Of a stretch of 64,000 nt of DNA, positions 37,938-50,795 are shown one piece after another. The DNA lies in assembly GCF_964204645.1 (NCBI RefSeq), contig NC_134030.1, positions 19,242,210 to 19,306,209 of the forward strand, read 5' to 3'. The notes beneath the pieces were generated by a model. That model was given only the letters and a program-made list of their open reading frames with translations, had not been told where the DNA came from and did not search any database. Position 1 is the stretch's first letter. Every line of letters begins with the position of its first letter. The position numbers and the translations under genes were made by a program. The stretch comes from Tubulanus polymorphus (lineage: Eukaryota > Animalia > Nemertea).

Positions 37938-39779
37938 ATTTTCCTAGAATAAAAATGAAAAATATGTCTCAATTAAGTCCATTTGTATTTCGCTTTCGTT
38001 TCCACGCCGAATACCCAGATGATATGATTGTGGTATATGTAATGTAAATATAAAAATCATCAGAAAACTTGTGTTGCGATTGGGGAAATATAGTGAAATC
38101 ACGTGTCCAAGCCGAAGATCCAAACGAAGTGTCGTACATATACGACTAACGTGTTTATCCGGTACCAGGTACACGATAAGGGTGATGTAGTTGACTTTAC
38201 AATTGATTATGTATATAGACATATTGATGGCGTGTGTCGGACTTGTATTAAAAGTTAAGGGATACTTCTGAACAATCACAGGACAACCAAACATTGAAAT
38301 CAAGGAGCGTTCGAATAGTACGTACGGTCAATTTTGCCATTTTTAGACCCCCGCACCTTGTACGATCGTTGCTTCATATTTTATCGACTCTCTCCAAATC
38401 GTGACGCACATTTAGAAATAGCACATCCCCGTCCCCATCTAAACCAATGAGGTGGCCATTATGTAATCCTTAAACAATTAGCACTCAAGCCGTCCGTATC
38501 CGCCGTGCATATTACACCTCAAGCCGCCCGAATCTGCCCGGCACCTTTTTCGTATGCTGCACGAAAACGATTAAACCCAATAGCTCATGATAAACTAGAC
38601 ACCTAAGTCCTCGAAATACCGAACGTTCAACATCTTATTTCAATTTGTCTAGTATTTTGAGCTTGAACACGACAGATCTGAGTGCGCAGTCCAAATCCAA
38701 GTAAGTTTGGATGAATTTTGGGGCCAAAGGACACGATTTTGGTGGCCCAGCTCATCAAATCTTACATCATATATTATAAAAGCCTATCTGAAAATATCTA
38801 AAAATTATTGTGGATTCAACAAAAGGGAACAATAGAAAAAAAAAACAAAAGCTTAACATTATTGCTAGAGATAAAAGTAGAATTTCCAATGATTTTCCTA
38901 TAGTAAATTAGACATAAGTTACTTGCGGTGAAAATTCGTACTATGAATACTCGGTCTCTGATTGGCTGGTCGAATTCCTGCGATCGGAAGCAACTGTCGG
39001 CCTAATCGGGTTGGTTACCGTAGCAAGCCGGCTTTTGGGGAAATGATTTAGGAGCAACTGGCGACCTCTCGTCGGCCGCCAGTTGCCGCTAACCGGCCAT
39101 ATTACCCAGTGTTGTCGGTAGGTCGCTTGTTTTGTAATATCGATTTCAATCTTTGATAGGTGTGAATGGATCTCAGATATTGATCCACGTATCACGAAGG
39201 AGGTTGTAATATTCAAAATACGAATGACACAATACTTTAAAGTCCATTTTGAAAACATTCTTTTATATCCGTTATTTTTTATATTCGGGACATCGTAACC
39301 CAAACGGTATATTTCTACGGATCAATTGATTCGCGATTCCTGGATTGGTGGGAATAGATAATTCTCTTAAGAATGCCTATGTCGTATGATTTTGTTTTTG
39401 TATACTTCATCTTATTCAATTCATTGTAATACTGAGGACACCGTGCCACCAGCTATCCCACTAGATGACGTGCGAATATCAGTGCAACAATCATGTCAAA
39501 ATCTAGTTCATTTTTAAAGAACTTTCATTCAGATGTTTAGCCTCCATCATCAGAATATACCATGATTGACCAAAATACTAAATTTCAACGCCCAGTTGGT
39601 ACGAAGTTTCCTATTGATATGTACCGCATATGCTCTCATAATCTGGATGATATTTGCCGAAACAAGTTAATTATTCGATATTTACGTAGGTTTAAGTTAA
39701 TCTCGTACAGTCAATTTATCACACTATCAGTAGAGGTGGCCCCATTGCTTTTCTGAACTGTTGAATCAATGATTAATTT

Positions 39780-40400
39780 GTTTAGAGGTTTATCTCAGCT
39801 AGTCAATGATTCATCACACTAACACTGGAGGTAAAGCTTGCAAAATAAATCCTACCACTGCTTCGATTCGATCTTTACTTTCTATGTGGTTGTCGTAATT
39901 TACGTTGATTTCTTTTGAATTGGAATTCATTGCAGCGCATTAATTTTTCTTAGAGGAAATTTCAATGAAATAAGAACAACGATATAACTAACAATTCGTC
40001 AACAATAATCAATATACGTAACAAACAACGCGAATCCCGCATGTGACCGGGAAGAGCACAACCGCCGCACGTTCCAGAGATATTTCGTCACTATTAACCA
40101 CGAACTACTAGAAGTGGCAATTCCTGTCAAGTACTCATACAATTTACAACTGATCGATGGATTAATCATTAATATAGAACCAGTGTTTAGATTCAAGAGT
40201 ACAAAGTATAAAACTGCAATCAGTGTATGATCTAAACAGTAAAGGAAATCACCGAGAAACAAAACGCTCAGATCTACGACTCGCCATAATCAGGAAAGTA
40301 GCCGAATTCCCGAAAACTCCCAACAGGAATGAGATTGGCAGAATAACCAGTAACCCCTGTGTAATTTTTGGAGGACACGTTGCGGTTATTTGGCGGGGCG
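39780..40400 (-). pseudogene. Family 'B' GPCR pseudogene, unit 1
   Basis: LLVILPISFLLGVFGNSATFLIMASRR and LNLNTGSIL..SCKLY..SSSSWL match 6693..7631; frameshifts and deletions. Confidence 0.85.
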
Positions 40401-41126
40401 TTTAATGTCGTTGTGGAAATTGCTATGAAGAAAATAACTGTGGGAAGGTTTTGAGCATTTAGTTTAAAATTTCAATAATAACGAAAAGGCATTAGATTGA
40501 GTAAAAACAAATCATAACTAAATGAAGGATAAAACATCATTAGCCATTTTGATAGATGGATCTCCTTCTGTGAGGAAATTGCATTAGTGAAGTTCAGCCT
40601 ACCATTGGCAGCTCAGTGAGAAAGTTCATGACGATGCCTTAATCATTCAACTTGTGGTGTGTATTTTACTTAGTGCGATATATGTGTGGAATCGGATTGA
40701 AGCTGTTGTAGGATTTATGAATTAATTTCATGATTTAATTGTGAAATACCCGCAAAGCTCGCGTGATAAATTGACTGCTCGAGATAAACTTTAACCTAGG
40801 TATTGAATAAATCGTTGTCAACATATTTACGTACATACATATCATTCAAATAATTTGAAAGTGTCATCAAAATAATTCAGCAAAGCTAAAATTCACTCGT
40901 AATACTTCTACGTTTTGAGGGTTCTTGGAGAACCCTTTTGTTATTCTGTTGATTAATATTATCATTACAGATTTTCTACTAGAATTCATATTCTATCAGA
41001 TTCGACGACTAACAGCTTCTAAACGAAATGTTGTACTCTGATAGTAATATAAAACGTCTTTCTGTCCGGGTAGATTCTATGTATGTACCGTCCACCCTAT
41101 TTTAAACTTAAAATCACATACTGTCA

Positions 41127-41399
41127 GCATAGAACTATAAGCGAACAGGAAGGCCGACTCCTCAAAAATCAACTAGGCGCCGTTAGTAATCGTGTGTTTT
41201 GGTCAGCGCCCTCACCGGTGGCGATAAACAATAGATGTTGTAGACTGGTTGCCGGTCTCTATTCTTAATTTAACGTTTTTCATTGATTTGTTTAAGTCTT
41301 AATAACAAATCTTGAAAAATGGCATTGTTCGATGTTAGCAAAGGCAAATGTATAGGGGCGTCACGAAGTTGGCCTTTCCTTTCGCTTATAGTTCTATGC
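41127..41399. mobile_element. MITE with GCATAGAACTATAAGCGAA TIRs upstream of the peptide gene (also 52143-52415, 63170-63442)
   Basis: 19-bp perfect terminal inverted repeat that extends imperfectly inward. Confidence 0.75.
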
Positions 41400-41694
41400 C
41401 AAACAGACGAAAAACAATATTTTGCAGATATCACTACCTGAAAATAGATATTCAAGGCCTTTTTTGTAACGATTCAGAAATCCAAATGACCCATTCCGAT
41501 CAGTGCCAATGTTTGGCAAGTGACACATCCTAACAGTAGTCATTAGTCTATATTGGGCATGGAACGTGTGAGTAATAATAATGCATCAAAGATTTAATTC
41601 AGATGATATTGAAAAAGCCGGTTACTGAACCAGGATCAAAATTTGATAGATATATTTATTTCTAAAAGCCGCAAACATGTGTTTCCAAAACGAC

Positions 41695-41891
41695 CATAAA
41701 AGGAGAACGATTTTGTGTAATATCGTGTCAACGCACGTCAGACGAAGAACTCTGTTCGAGTGTATCCTCACTGGTAACGAGGTAAGTGAAGCTATAGACG
41801 ACAAGCTCAAATATTTCATCGCATAGTTACATGTAGATGTAACTACTAGAAGATTGTACTCAGTTAATCTAATTGAATCATCTTTTTCAGA
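41695..41891 (+). promoter_or_regulatory. Putative TATA-like box, 5'UTR exon and 109-bp 5'UTR intron of the peptide gene
   Basis: CATAAAAG at 41695; donor G|GTAAGT at 41782; branch-like ctaat near 41868; acceptor tctttttcag ending 41890, 1 nt before the ATG. Confidence 0.55.
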
Positions 41892-42452
41892 ATGTTTACT
41901 AAAACTCTTTTCATCGCGTTGGCCTTGTTTATGGTCATTGGAGCTGTCTCGGCAACTGAAGGTAGGCTTTGATAACTCGATTTAATTGCAATTAAATATT
42001 ATGCTTTTTTCTAACTAAGCGAACATAAACTTACGTTCGTGCTAGCCTGAATTGGCACAGGTTAATAGTTAAGGCCTTACTCATTTAATTCACGTGTTGT
42101 TCGCAAACGGGTCTGAAACACGGCCCCGGCCACGACCTATTTCGTCCGTCTTACATCAGTCGACCGTTACGTTTTACTTCCGGATTGCCGCTTGCACTTA
42201 TGTCGGGCACGATGACGCGCTGTTATGTTCACGAATGAAGTATATAAGGCCGAAACTAGCGATTCGCGGATTAGAACCTGCTTGTTTCAGGTCCGGCTGA
42301 TTCTAATAAATCCGAGCTTATTTACAGGTGTGCGAAAGGTGAAGAGAGGAACCCCGTGTTGGTGCGGTAAAACAAAGGGTGTATATTACTGGAAAGGTAA
42401 CTCAGCTCCGTCAAATTGTTGTTGGTATTTTCAAGGAGCATGTTGCCATTAA
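41892..42452 (+). CDS. Secreted APETx/BDS-like (beta-defensin-fold) cysteine-rich peptide precursor, copy 1; exons 41892-41961 and 42328-42452; 64 aa
   Basis: MFTKTLFIALALFMVIGAVSA-TEGVRKVKR-GTPCWCGKTKGVYYWKGNSAPSNCCWYFQGACCH*. Phase-1 GT-AG intron 41962-42327, hydrophobic signal peptide, dibasic KR site, 6 Cys, ATTAAA at 42533. Confidence 0.88.
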
Positions 42453-45400
42453 CGTATAAGAGCCGCACGCGCTGATAAACACGTCATATTTTTGACATTC
42501 AATGAGTTGAATAGAAACAGTCAACCTGTATGATTAAATACAAAACACATATATGCTTTGTTTTTTCTCTTGGCTTTTATCTGTCAAAAACGCGGCGGTG
42601 TGTTCGTCATTGCAAACACGCATTTAGATGGGCGCCCCGGGTTCGAATCCACCTATTTTCAGACTTGCTCCGATGACAAATGGGGGCTAAACGGTCAGAG
42701 TTGCTTGATCCCAGTCGGTATATGATACCGCTGAGTAACTCGGATGTCGAAGAGAAGACAAGGAAGGTGACCCGGGTTCGAATCAAGACATATGCAGACA
42801 CCCAGTTAGTTCAAATGCTCAAACGACACCTAACGCACTTCAATTCAGGACAAGTGAACACGATCAATCATTATCCACCGATGAGTTTGGAACAAGCCGG
42901 AACAAGCGATGCAGGATACTGGTCATCCTGTTATTATGCCAATGGTGTCTCGGTCATTTGCCTCTAATAAAAAAAAGACGAATAGTAGGCCTCGGTAATA
43001 CCAAAAATGATTTATCCAGACACAGCGATTTAACAATTACCTGCATGAAAACATTTTTCTTTTCAGTATATTTATATTGATTTCCTGTCACTTTTCTAAA
43101 ATCGACGAATAATGAAACTAGACGTATCGGCCCAACTCCGCGCGGTCGCGCCACCGCGCGGGATTTACGCGAAGCAGCAGAACACAAACACGGCCACTCT
43201 CTCAATTTTCAATGATAGAAATCGTGTGTGGATTTCAATTATTTCGGCTGTTAGGGTTATAAGGCACAATATATGTTGATGATGTGGTATGGCGATGTTA
43301 ATTAATGATAATTCCGCAGTGAAGCTAGTCACGAACGGTGCCGATTGAGTGTACAGCTGCCAAAAACACTGAAATGTGCGTAGTTGCGTAACTATTTGCA
43401 GTGAATTGCAGACGAAACATGAAGCCTTAACGGCCGTTTAAAAAAAAATTATACCAATCGCAATTGTAAAATAAAAATGAGATAGAACCTAAGTTGAAAT
43501 TCTGGCCATTTCTAAAATGTTATTACTAACTTTTAGTCAGTGCCGAACGTTTAGTTTTCCAACAATAATGAGGGGTGGTAGGTAGTCATGCAATTCAAGT
43601 CATCATTTATTACACGTTACTTCCGTGTTGTTGAAAATCTCGCGAGTCCTGGACCAAACCCCATTGAACAATGTGATCTGTGTGCTGGCCACAAATGCAC
43701 ACAGATCACACTACACTACCCATTACACACTCCAGTACCCACAGCTTTCATATATCCATCCAAATATTTAGAGTGTCTTTCTTCCTGGGTTCAAACAAGA
43801 GCCCCGTGGGGCTTGATGCGGCAGCTTCACAAATTATAATGGATCTCAAAGAGCTGGGCTTCGACAGATTTCATACTTAGAATGCTTGACGAACAGGCTT
43901 TTAAATCATTTCCATGACTTTTTGCAGCAACTTGACTTAAACGGAAATATCAAGATACGGATTGATTTGAGCTTTTTTCAAAATTATATATGAATGATGA
44001 AAACACACTATTTTTCAACGTGGTGTTTTGGCGGAATTTCAGAGAAGTAGTTAAAAAGCCTGTCTCCACTTGAACTGAGCATTTTTCCAGGACATTTTTA
44101 TGAAAATCCGTCAAATGAAACGATCTCAACACACCATTGTATCATAGAACTCATGAGATCAATAATTAGATGTAATAATCACACGACTCATCAAACGTAC
44201 CAGTAGAGGAGAACCGCAAACCAGGAAACACGCGTACAAAGTCTACAAACGGTACGAAATTCAGAGCATTCAGTACGAATGCCGACGAATTCAAACTTTC
44301 ATTCTTTCCTAGAACTGTCATCCGGTGGAATCAGAGTACTAAGGACGAGATCGACTTTACCCGCGCAAGACCCCGTTGCACCGCTGAACAATTAGCACCA
44401 ACTCCCTGCGTCACCAATACGTCCACTTCATGTATTAATGTTTTCATATCTCCGTCCATTTATTTACATCATTTAGGAATTTATACCAATAATGAGCCAT
44501 CCACACGTTATCTATAGATTTTCATTCGCATCCAATGCGCAGACTAATCAAATGAATAAATTTGATTTCAACTTAAAGTTTCGAATACATAGAAGCTTAA
44601 TGCGGAAATTATTAATGAATATCAGTGTGCGAGTTGTCGAATATATTCGTAACAGAAGTTTGAATATTTCTTTAAAGCGCTCCTGCCGTATCTACTTCAA
44701 GCATTTTACGCAGCCCCCGAACGTTTTGTCTTAAGTCCTACCTTGAGGCTGGCTTATATCGACAAGCGACGCGACGCATACCGACTCCTACCGACGCAAC
44801 TGAGAGCAACCGCGACCGTAGCTCAGCTTATGACGACTGAGCTCCGAATCCAGCAACTGAGGCCGACTATCGGGATACGAGATCCTCCCTGCTTAATATG
44901 TCGGTTACGAATCCTGGCAACTGCACCGGCTCAGATGGTTCTTAGAAGCCGTTCATACTTTTTCCTCGATGGCTATATAGGCCATTTGCAACCTCGTTTT
45001 GTAAGCCCCCAAAGAACACGCCAGCACGTAAATGAACCAATACACAAGACAATAAGGGATCCAATCGGCAAATTTTCAAAAACTGATCACATGTTCACCC
45101 GATACGTATTTAATCGAAAATGACCTACAAACACCATACATTAGACATTTTCATCAGCACACCTTCCCTATAACTGTGATCGCCCGGATGAAAACGGCAA
45201 AAACATGACATGTTTACCACCGTAATAGAAGAATAACCAATTCGCAAGCCAATTTAACTTAACAAAGGAAAAACTGTGTTTAGGTTGAAAAGGAAAGGAT
45301 TCATCCACCCATAAATCTTTGTCCAGCACATCTATTAGTATAAACCATATTTTCCTAGAATAAAGATAAAAAATATCTGAATTCATCCGATATATATGCA

Positions 45401-46098
45401 TTTTGATTTTCATTTACACGCCAAGGGCGTAGCTGATATTATTGTGGTATGTAATGTAAACTTGAAATGAATAATTACAAAAAGAAATTGTTGTGATTGA
45501 TGAAATATTGTGAAAGTACGTGCTCTAGCCGAGGACCTGTTCACATAAGAGTAAAGTGCTAACTGGTATTACATTTGAACAATATAGTAAATTGTCTCGT
45601 AAAATTAAGTAAAAATGTACTTCTTAATATATCAAAGAACAACGAAACATCGAAATTAGCTGCATCCGCACAATTGGGACGTCTTCAAATATTATTTGTA
45701 CATCTTTGAGACGGTTGTTAAAATTCTAACCGCACCCAAGCTTCTAGCTATTTCAGCATCGACTTACGAAAGTATCCTTTCTGAACGAAAAAAAAAATTA
45801 AAAAAAAGGAACGAAGGTACACACAAAACCATTGAAGTAAAACAAAATGAAACCCTATAACGATATGCAGGTTTAAGTCGTGTTCCGTTGCGGCAGAGAT
45901 CGATTGCGCGGGGTGTGGATGATCAGTGGTACTAGTGATAATCAATTTGAATGAAATAACAACAAAATACGTATTATTTAAATCATTTGATATTATTGCA
46001 AAATCTAACAAGACTCATTGTTTTGAAGGGATTCAATTTTCATTTTTTGGAAAGAGTCATCTTCATTTGAATTACGACTGGACCTTTTATGTCAAGGT

Positions 46099-47020
46099 TT
46101 ATAATTGATAATAATCTTAGCTCCTTCTTCAACGTCATTCCGGAAATTCTGACTCCACAAAAATATATACGCATTGACAGCATGGTTTGCCTGATAGAAA
46201 ACAAGACCGAATGCGTTGCAAATTATTGCAATGTTCCAAAAGCCAAATGTTAATCACAATGATTCATGTAATACAAGAATGTTTCTGTGCCATGCTCTTC
46301 TAGAATTCCAGTAAGAACTGCAATAAATGACAAACCTAAAAATGCTTTTGAAAGGTTGAAACTACCAGAATTGTGATATTCTTAGCCGTAGCTAGTTTTA
46401 TTTTCTAGTATCTTGTTTAGTTGTTTCTATTCTTACGGACTTTCTTACAAAAACTATTATGAAACCATTTGCGACAGCCACTTTGGCAAATGTAAAAAAA
46501 ATAATGCTAGGATGTTATTAAGATTTGAAAAGATCGTTGAGCCAGTAAGGTTTACAATCATACAAGTTGTCCATTTACCACTTAGATCTACGTCTCTGTA
46601 AAAAGCTGCCCCGACTACATTTACGATGAACACTTATAATGCCTATAGCTCTTTTAGCCCTTGTGACAGTGCACACAATGCGGCAGCTTTTAGAGGTTTG
46701 GAAACTGCTACTGCGCGATCTATCGTCATCGTGGCCAGAATCGAGATGGATTCTTGTTGAGGACAGTTAAAGTGGAAAGCTTTCGCGATACACATGGCTC
46801 TGCTGAACTTCACATGGGCTACATCAGATAGGGCACCTCGACACTGAGTATCGCAAATAAATCCGCCATTCCTAAAGCTAACATATTAAAATGACCAGAA
46901 CTATGTGCTGATTTCTTATAAGTTCCCAAAACGATGATTACCAAACCAATAAGACTTAAAAAAGGAAACACGTATGCAGAAACTTTGTTTAGGTTGATCG
47001 TGAACGGCTTTATCCACCCA
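46099..47020 (-). pseudogene. Family 'A' GPCR pseudogene, unit 2
   Basis: Copy of 35085-36004 with an additional 2-bp insertion near 46671. Confidence 0.9.
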
Positions 47021-47972
47021 CGATAGCCATTTAAGTCTTAATGATGGTGAACTTAACGTCACTTACGTGTTGTGTGGTTGGTGTATTCCATGGTTAGTAC
47101 TTGCGGGCCATCTCTAATCCTGAAGTAAGCCAAGCACAAGAACACGTTCCAAAAGACTAACCGAACATGCAATATTGTAAAACCGATATTTCTTGTCAAA
47201 AGGGAGTAGCCATCGTGAATTCCGAAATGACTGACTAATCTTTTCAAACTGGCAGAAATTGTGCTGTCGTTATGATCAAATTTGATAGATTTCTCGTTGT
47301 CGCGAGTCCGTTGTATTTCAAACAATGTTGGAATAAAATCAAATTATTTTCTGTCTATATTCAACGCATTTATTTGGCAGTTTGTTACTGGGCGTATTAT
47401 TTTCCAATTTTCCATCAAAGGACAACCAAACATAGAAATTACCTTGTCGAATTATAAGTACTTCTGGATAATCAAAGCTCCTCAAATGTCGTTTGGATTT
47501 CGTCTCGGAATCTCCGGTGGTAAACTAATGGTTAGGTGTAATGTTGGACTCTTCCTAAGTGTTTTCGTCCGAAAATTTCTTCATTTACTGCGTGACGAAC
47601 AACACTTCTTTAAGAGAAGATGCATAAGATGTTTTCCTCATAAATCATTCGTGCGATTCGTATTAAAGATATTTCTTCAATAACAGGACAAATCCTTCTT
47701 GCGATCAGATTCTTCAATCAACACCACAAATTTAGTTTTCTTATTTCCCAGTTAAGTAATTTCTCATAGTATTTATTGATCTAAATAATGCTTTAGAATA
47801 AAATTGCAAGAAAATACGTATTACTAAACTCGTTTCAAATTTTGCATATCTTACATGGTTCATTCAATGGCGTTAGTTAAAATCATCATCATTTTAAATG
47901 CAAACAGTCATCTTGAATTGGATTTTATCATAGTGAATTACGAATGGCACTCCGGGCCTTTTTACTGCAAGT

Positions 47973-48953
47973 TTAAAGCCTATTGATGAATATCTTAGCT
48001 CCTTCTTTGACATCATTTCGAAAGTTTTGACTACACAAAAATATATACGCATTGATAGCATGGTTTGCCTGATAGAAAACAAGACCGACTGCATTACCAA
48101 TTATTACAAATGTCCCAAAAGCCAAATGTTCATCACAATGATTCATGTAATACAAGTACGTTTCTGTGCCATGCTCATATTCTAAGATTCCAGTAAGAGC
48201 CGCAAGAAATGACAAACCTAAAAATGCTACCGAAGTTGAAACTACTAAAATTGTGATTTTATTAGCCGTAGCCTGTTTTCTAGCGTCTTGCTTAGTTGTG
48301 TCCATGCTAGCAGACTTTCTCACACCAACTATTATGAAACCATTTGCAACAACGACGATAACAAATGGAAGAAATAATGCCAGGATGTTATTAAGATTTG
48401 AATAGATTGCGGAGCCAGTAAGGTTTACAATCATACAAGTTATCCATTTACCACTGAGATCTATATCTCTGTGAAAAGTTGATCCAACAATGTTTGTAAT
48501 GACCAGAAACACACTTATAATACTTATAGCTTTCTTAGCCCTTGTGACAGTACACAATATTACAGCTTTTAGAGGTTTGGAAACTGCTACTGCGCGATCT
48601 ATCGTCATCATGACCAGAATCCAGATGGATACTTGTTTAGGACAATTAGCGTGGAAAGCTTTCACTATACACATGGATCTGCTGAACTTCACGTGAGCTA
48701 CATCCATCAAATAGGGCACCTCGACACTGAATATCGCGTATAAATCCGCCATTCCTAAAGCTAACATATAGAAATGACCAGAACTATATGACGATTTCTT
48801 ATATGTTCCCAAAACGATAATTATCAAAACAATCAGACTTAATAGAGGAAACACGTATGCAGAAACTCGGTTCAGGTTGAAAGTGAACGGCATCGTCCAC
48901 CCATAAATCTTTGTCCAACACATTTCACTCTCAGAGATATTAGTATAAACCAT
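47973..48953 (-). CDS. Orphan class A GPCR, family 'A' (326 aa), unit 2
   Basis: Protein identical to 36957..37937. Confidence 0.92.
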   Translation of the reverse strand: MVYTNISESEMCWTKIYGWTMPFTFNLNRVSAYVFPLLSLIVLIIIVLGTYKKSSYSSGHFYMLALGMADLYAIFSVEVPYLMDVAHVKFSRSMCIVKAFHANCPKQVSIWILVMMTIDRAVAVSKPLKAVILCTVTRAKKAISIISVFLVITNIVGSTFHRDIDLSGKWITCMIVNLTGSAIYSNLNNILALFLPFVIVVVANGFIIVGVRKSASMDTTKQDARKQATANKITILVVSTSVAFLGLSFLAALTGILEYEHGTETYLYYMNHCDEHLAFGTFVIIGNAVGLVFYQANHAINAYIFLCSQNFRNDVKEGAKIFINRL

Positions 48954-50795
48954 ATTTTCCTAGAATAAAAATGAAAAATATGTCTCAATTAAGTCCATTT
49001 GTATTTCGCTTTCGTTTCCACGCCGAATACCCAGATGATATGATTGTGGTATATGTAATGTAAATATAAAAATCATCAGAAAACTTGTGTTGCGATTGGG
49101 GAAATATAGTGAAATCACGTGTCCAAGCCGAAGATCCAAACGAAGTGTCGTACATATACGACTAACGTGTTTATCCGGTACCAGGTACACGATAAGGGTG
49201 ATGTAGTTGACTTTACAATTGATTATGTATATAGACATATTGATGGCGTGTGTCGGACTTGTATTAAAAGTTAAGGGATACTTCTGAACAATCACAGGAC
49301 AACCAAACATTGAAATCAAGGAGCGTTCGAATAGTACGTACGGTCAATTTTGCCATTTTTAGACCCCCGCACCTTGTACGATCGTTGCTTCATATTTTAT
49401 CGACTCTCTCCAAATCGTGACGCACATTTAGAAATAGCACATCCCCGTCCCCATCTAAACCAATGAGGTGGCCATTATGTAATCCTTAAACAATTAGCAC
49501 TCAAGCCGTCCGTATCCGCCGTGCATATTACACCTCAAGCCGCCCGAATCTGCCCGGCACCTTTTTCGTATGCTGCACGAAAACGATTAAACCCAATAGC
49601 TCATGATAAACTAGACACCTAAGTCCTCGAAATACCGAACGTTCAACATCTTATTTCAATTTGTCTAGTATTTTGAGCTTGAACACGACAGATCTGAGTG
49701 CGCAGTCCAAATCCAAGTAAGTTTGGATGAATTTTGGGGCCAAAGGACACGATTTTGGTGGCCCAGCTCATCAAATCTTACATCATATATTATAAAAGCC
49801 TATCTGAAAATATCTAAAAATTATTGTGGATTCAACAAAAGGGAACAATAGAAAAAAAAAACAAAAGCTTAACATTATTGCTAGAGATAAAAGTAGAATT
49901 TCCAATGATTTTCCTATAGTAAATTAGACATAAGTTACTTGCGGTGAAAATTCGTACTATGAATACTCGGTCTCTGATTGGCTGGTCGAATTCCTGCGAT
50001 CGGAAGCAACTGTCGGCCTAATCGGGTTGGTTACCGTAGCAAGCCGGCTTTTGGGGAAATGATTTAGGAGCAACTGGCGACCTCTCGTCGGCCGCCAGTT
50101 GCCGCTAACCGGCCATATTACCCAGTGTTGTCGGTAGGTCGCTTGTTTTGTAATATCGATTTCAATCTTTGATAGGTGTGAATGGATCTCAGATATTGAT
50201 CCACGTATCACGAAGGAGGTTGTAATATTCAAAATACGAATGACACAATACTTTAAAGTCCATTTTGAAAACATTCTTTTATATCCGTTATTTTTTATAT
50301 TCGGGACATCGTAACCCAAACGGTATATTTCTACGGATCAATTGATTCGCGATTCCTGGATTGGTGGGAATAGATAATTCTCTTAAGAATGCCTATGTCG
50401 TATGATTTTGTTTTTGTATACTTCATCTTATTCAATTCATTGTAATACTGAGGACACCGTGCCACCAGCTATCCCACTAGATGACGTGCGAATATCAGTG
50501 CAACAATCATGTCAAAATCTAGTTCATTTTTAAAGAACTTTCATTCAGATGTTTAGCCTCCATCATCAGAATATACCATGATTGACCAAAATACTAAATT
50601 TCAACGCCCAGTTGGTACGAAGTTTCCTATTGATATGTACCGCATATGCTCTCATAATCTGGATGATATTTGCCGAAACAAGTTAATTATTCGATATTTA
50701 CGTAGGTTTAAGTTAATCTCGTACAGTCAATTTATCACACTATCAGTAGAGGTGGCCCCATTGCTTTTCTGAACTGTTGAATCAATGATTAATTT

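Larger units (their letters stand above)
32107..43120 (+). repeat. Tandem segmental duplication, unit 1 (~11,014 bp)
   Basis: gacgtatcggccc... at 32107, 43121 and 54137; the ORF track repeats with an offset of 11014-11016. Confidence 0.97.

Noticed and set aside
40918-40936. NF-kB-like palindrome agggttcttggagaaccct upstream of the peptide gene
   Set aside because: Does not match the kB consensus well and is short enough to arise by chance.
42225-42327. N-terminal 34 aa of the 75-aa ORF 42225..42452 (and 53241..)
   Set aside because: Intronic read-through; a proper acceptor at 42327 joins a signal-peptide exon instead.
42660-42750. HDV-like ribozyme (ggctaa motif plus hairpin)
   Set aside because: Could not build the P1/P2/P3 pairings by eye.
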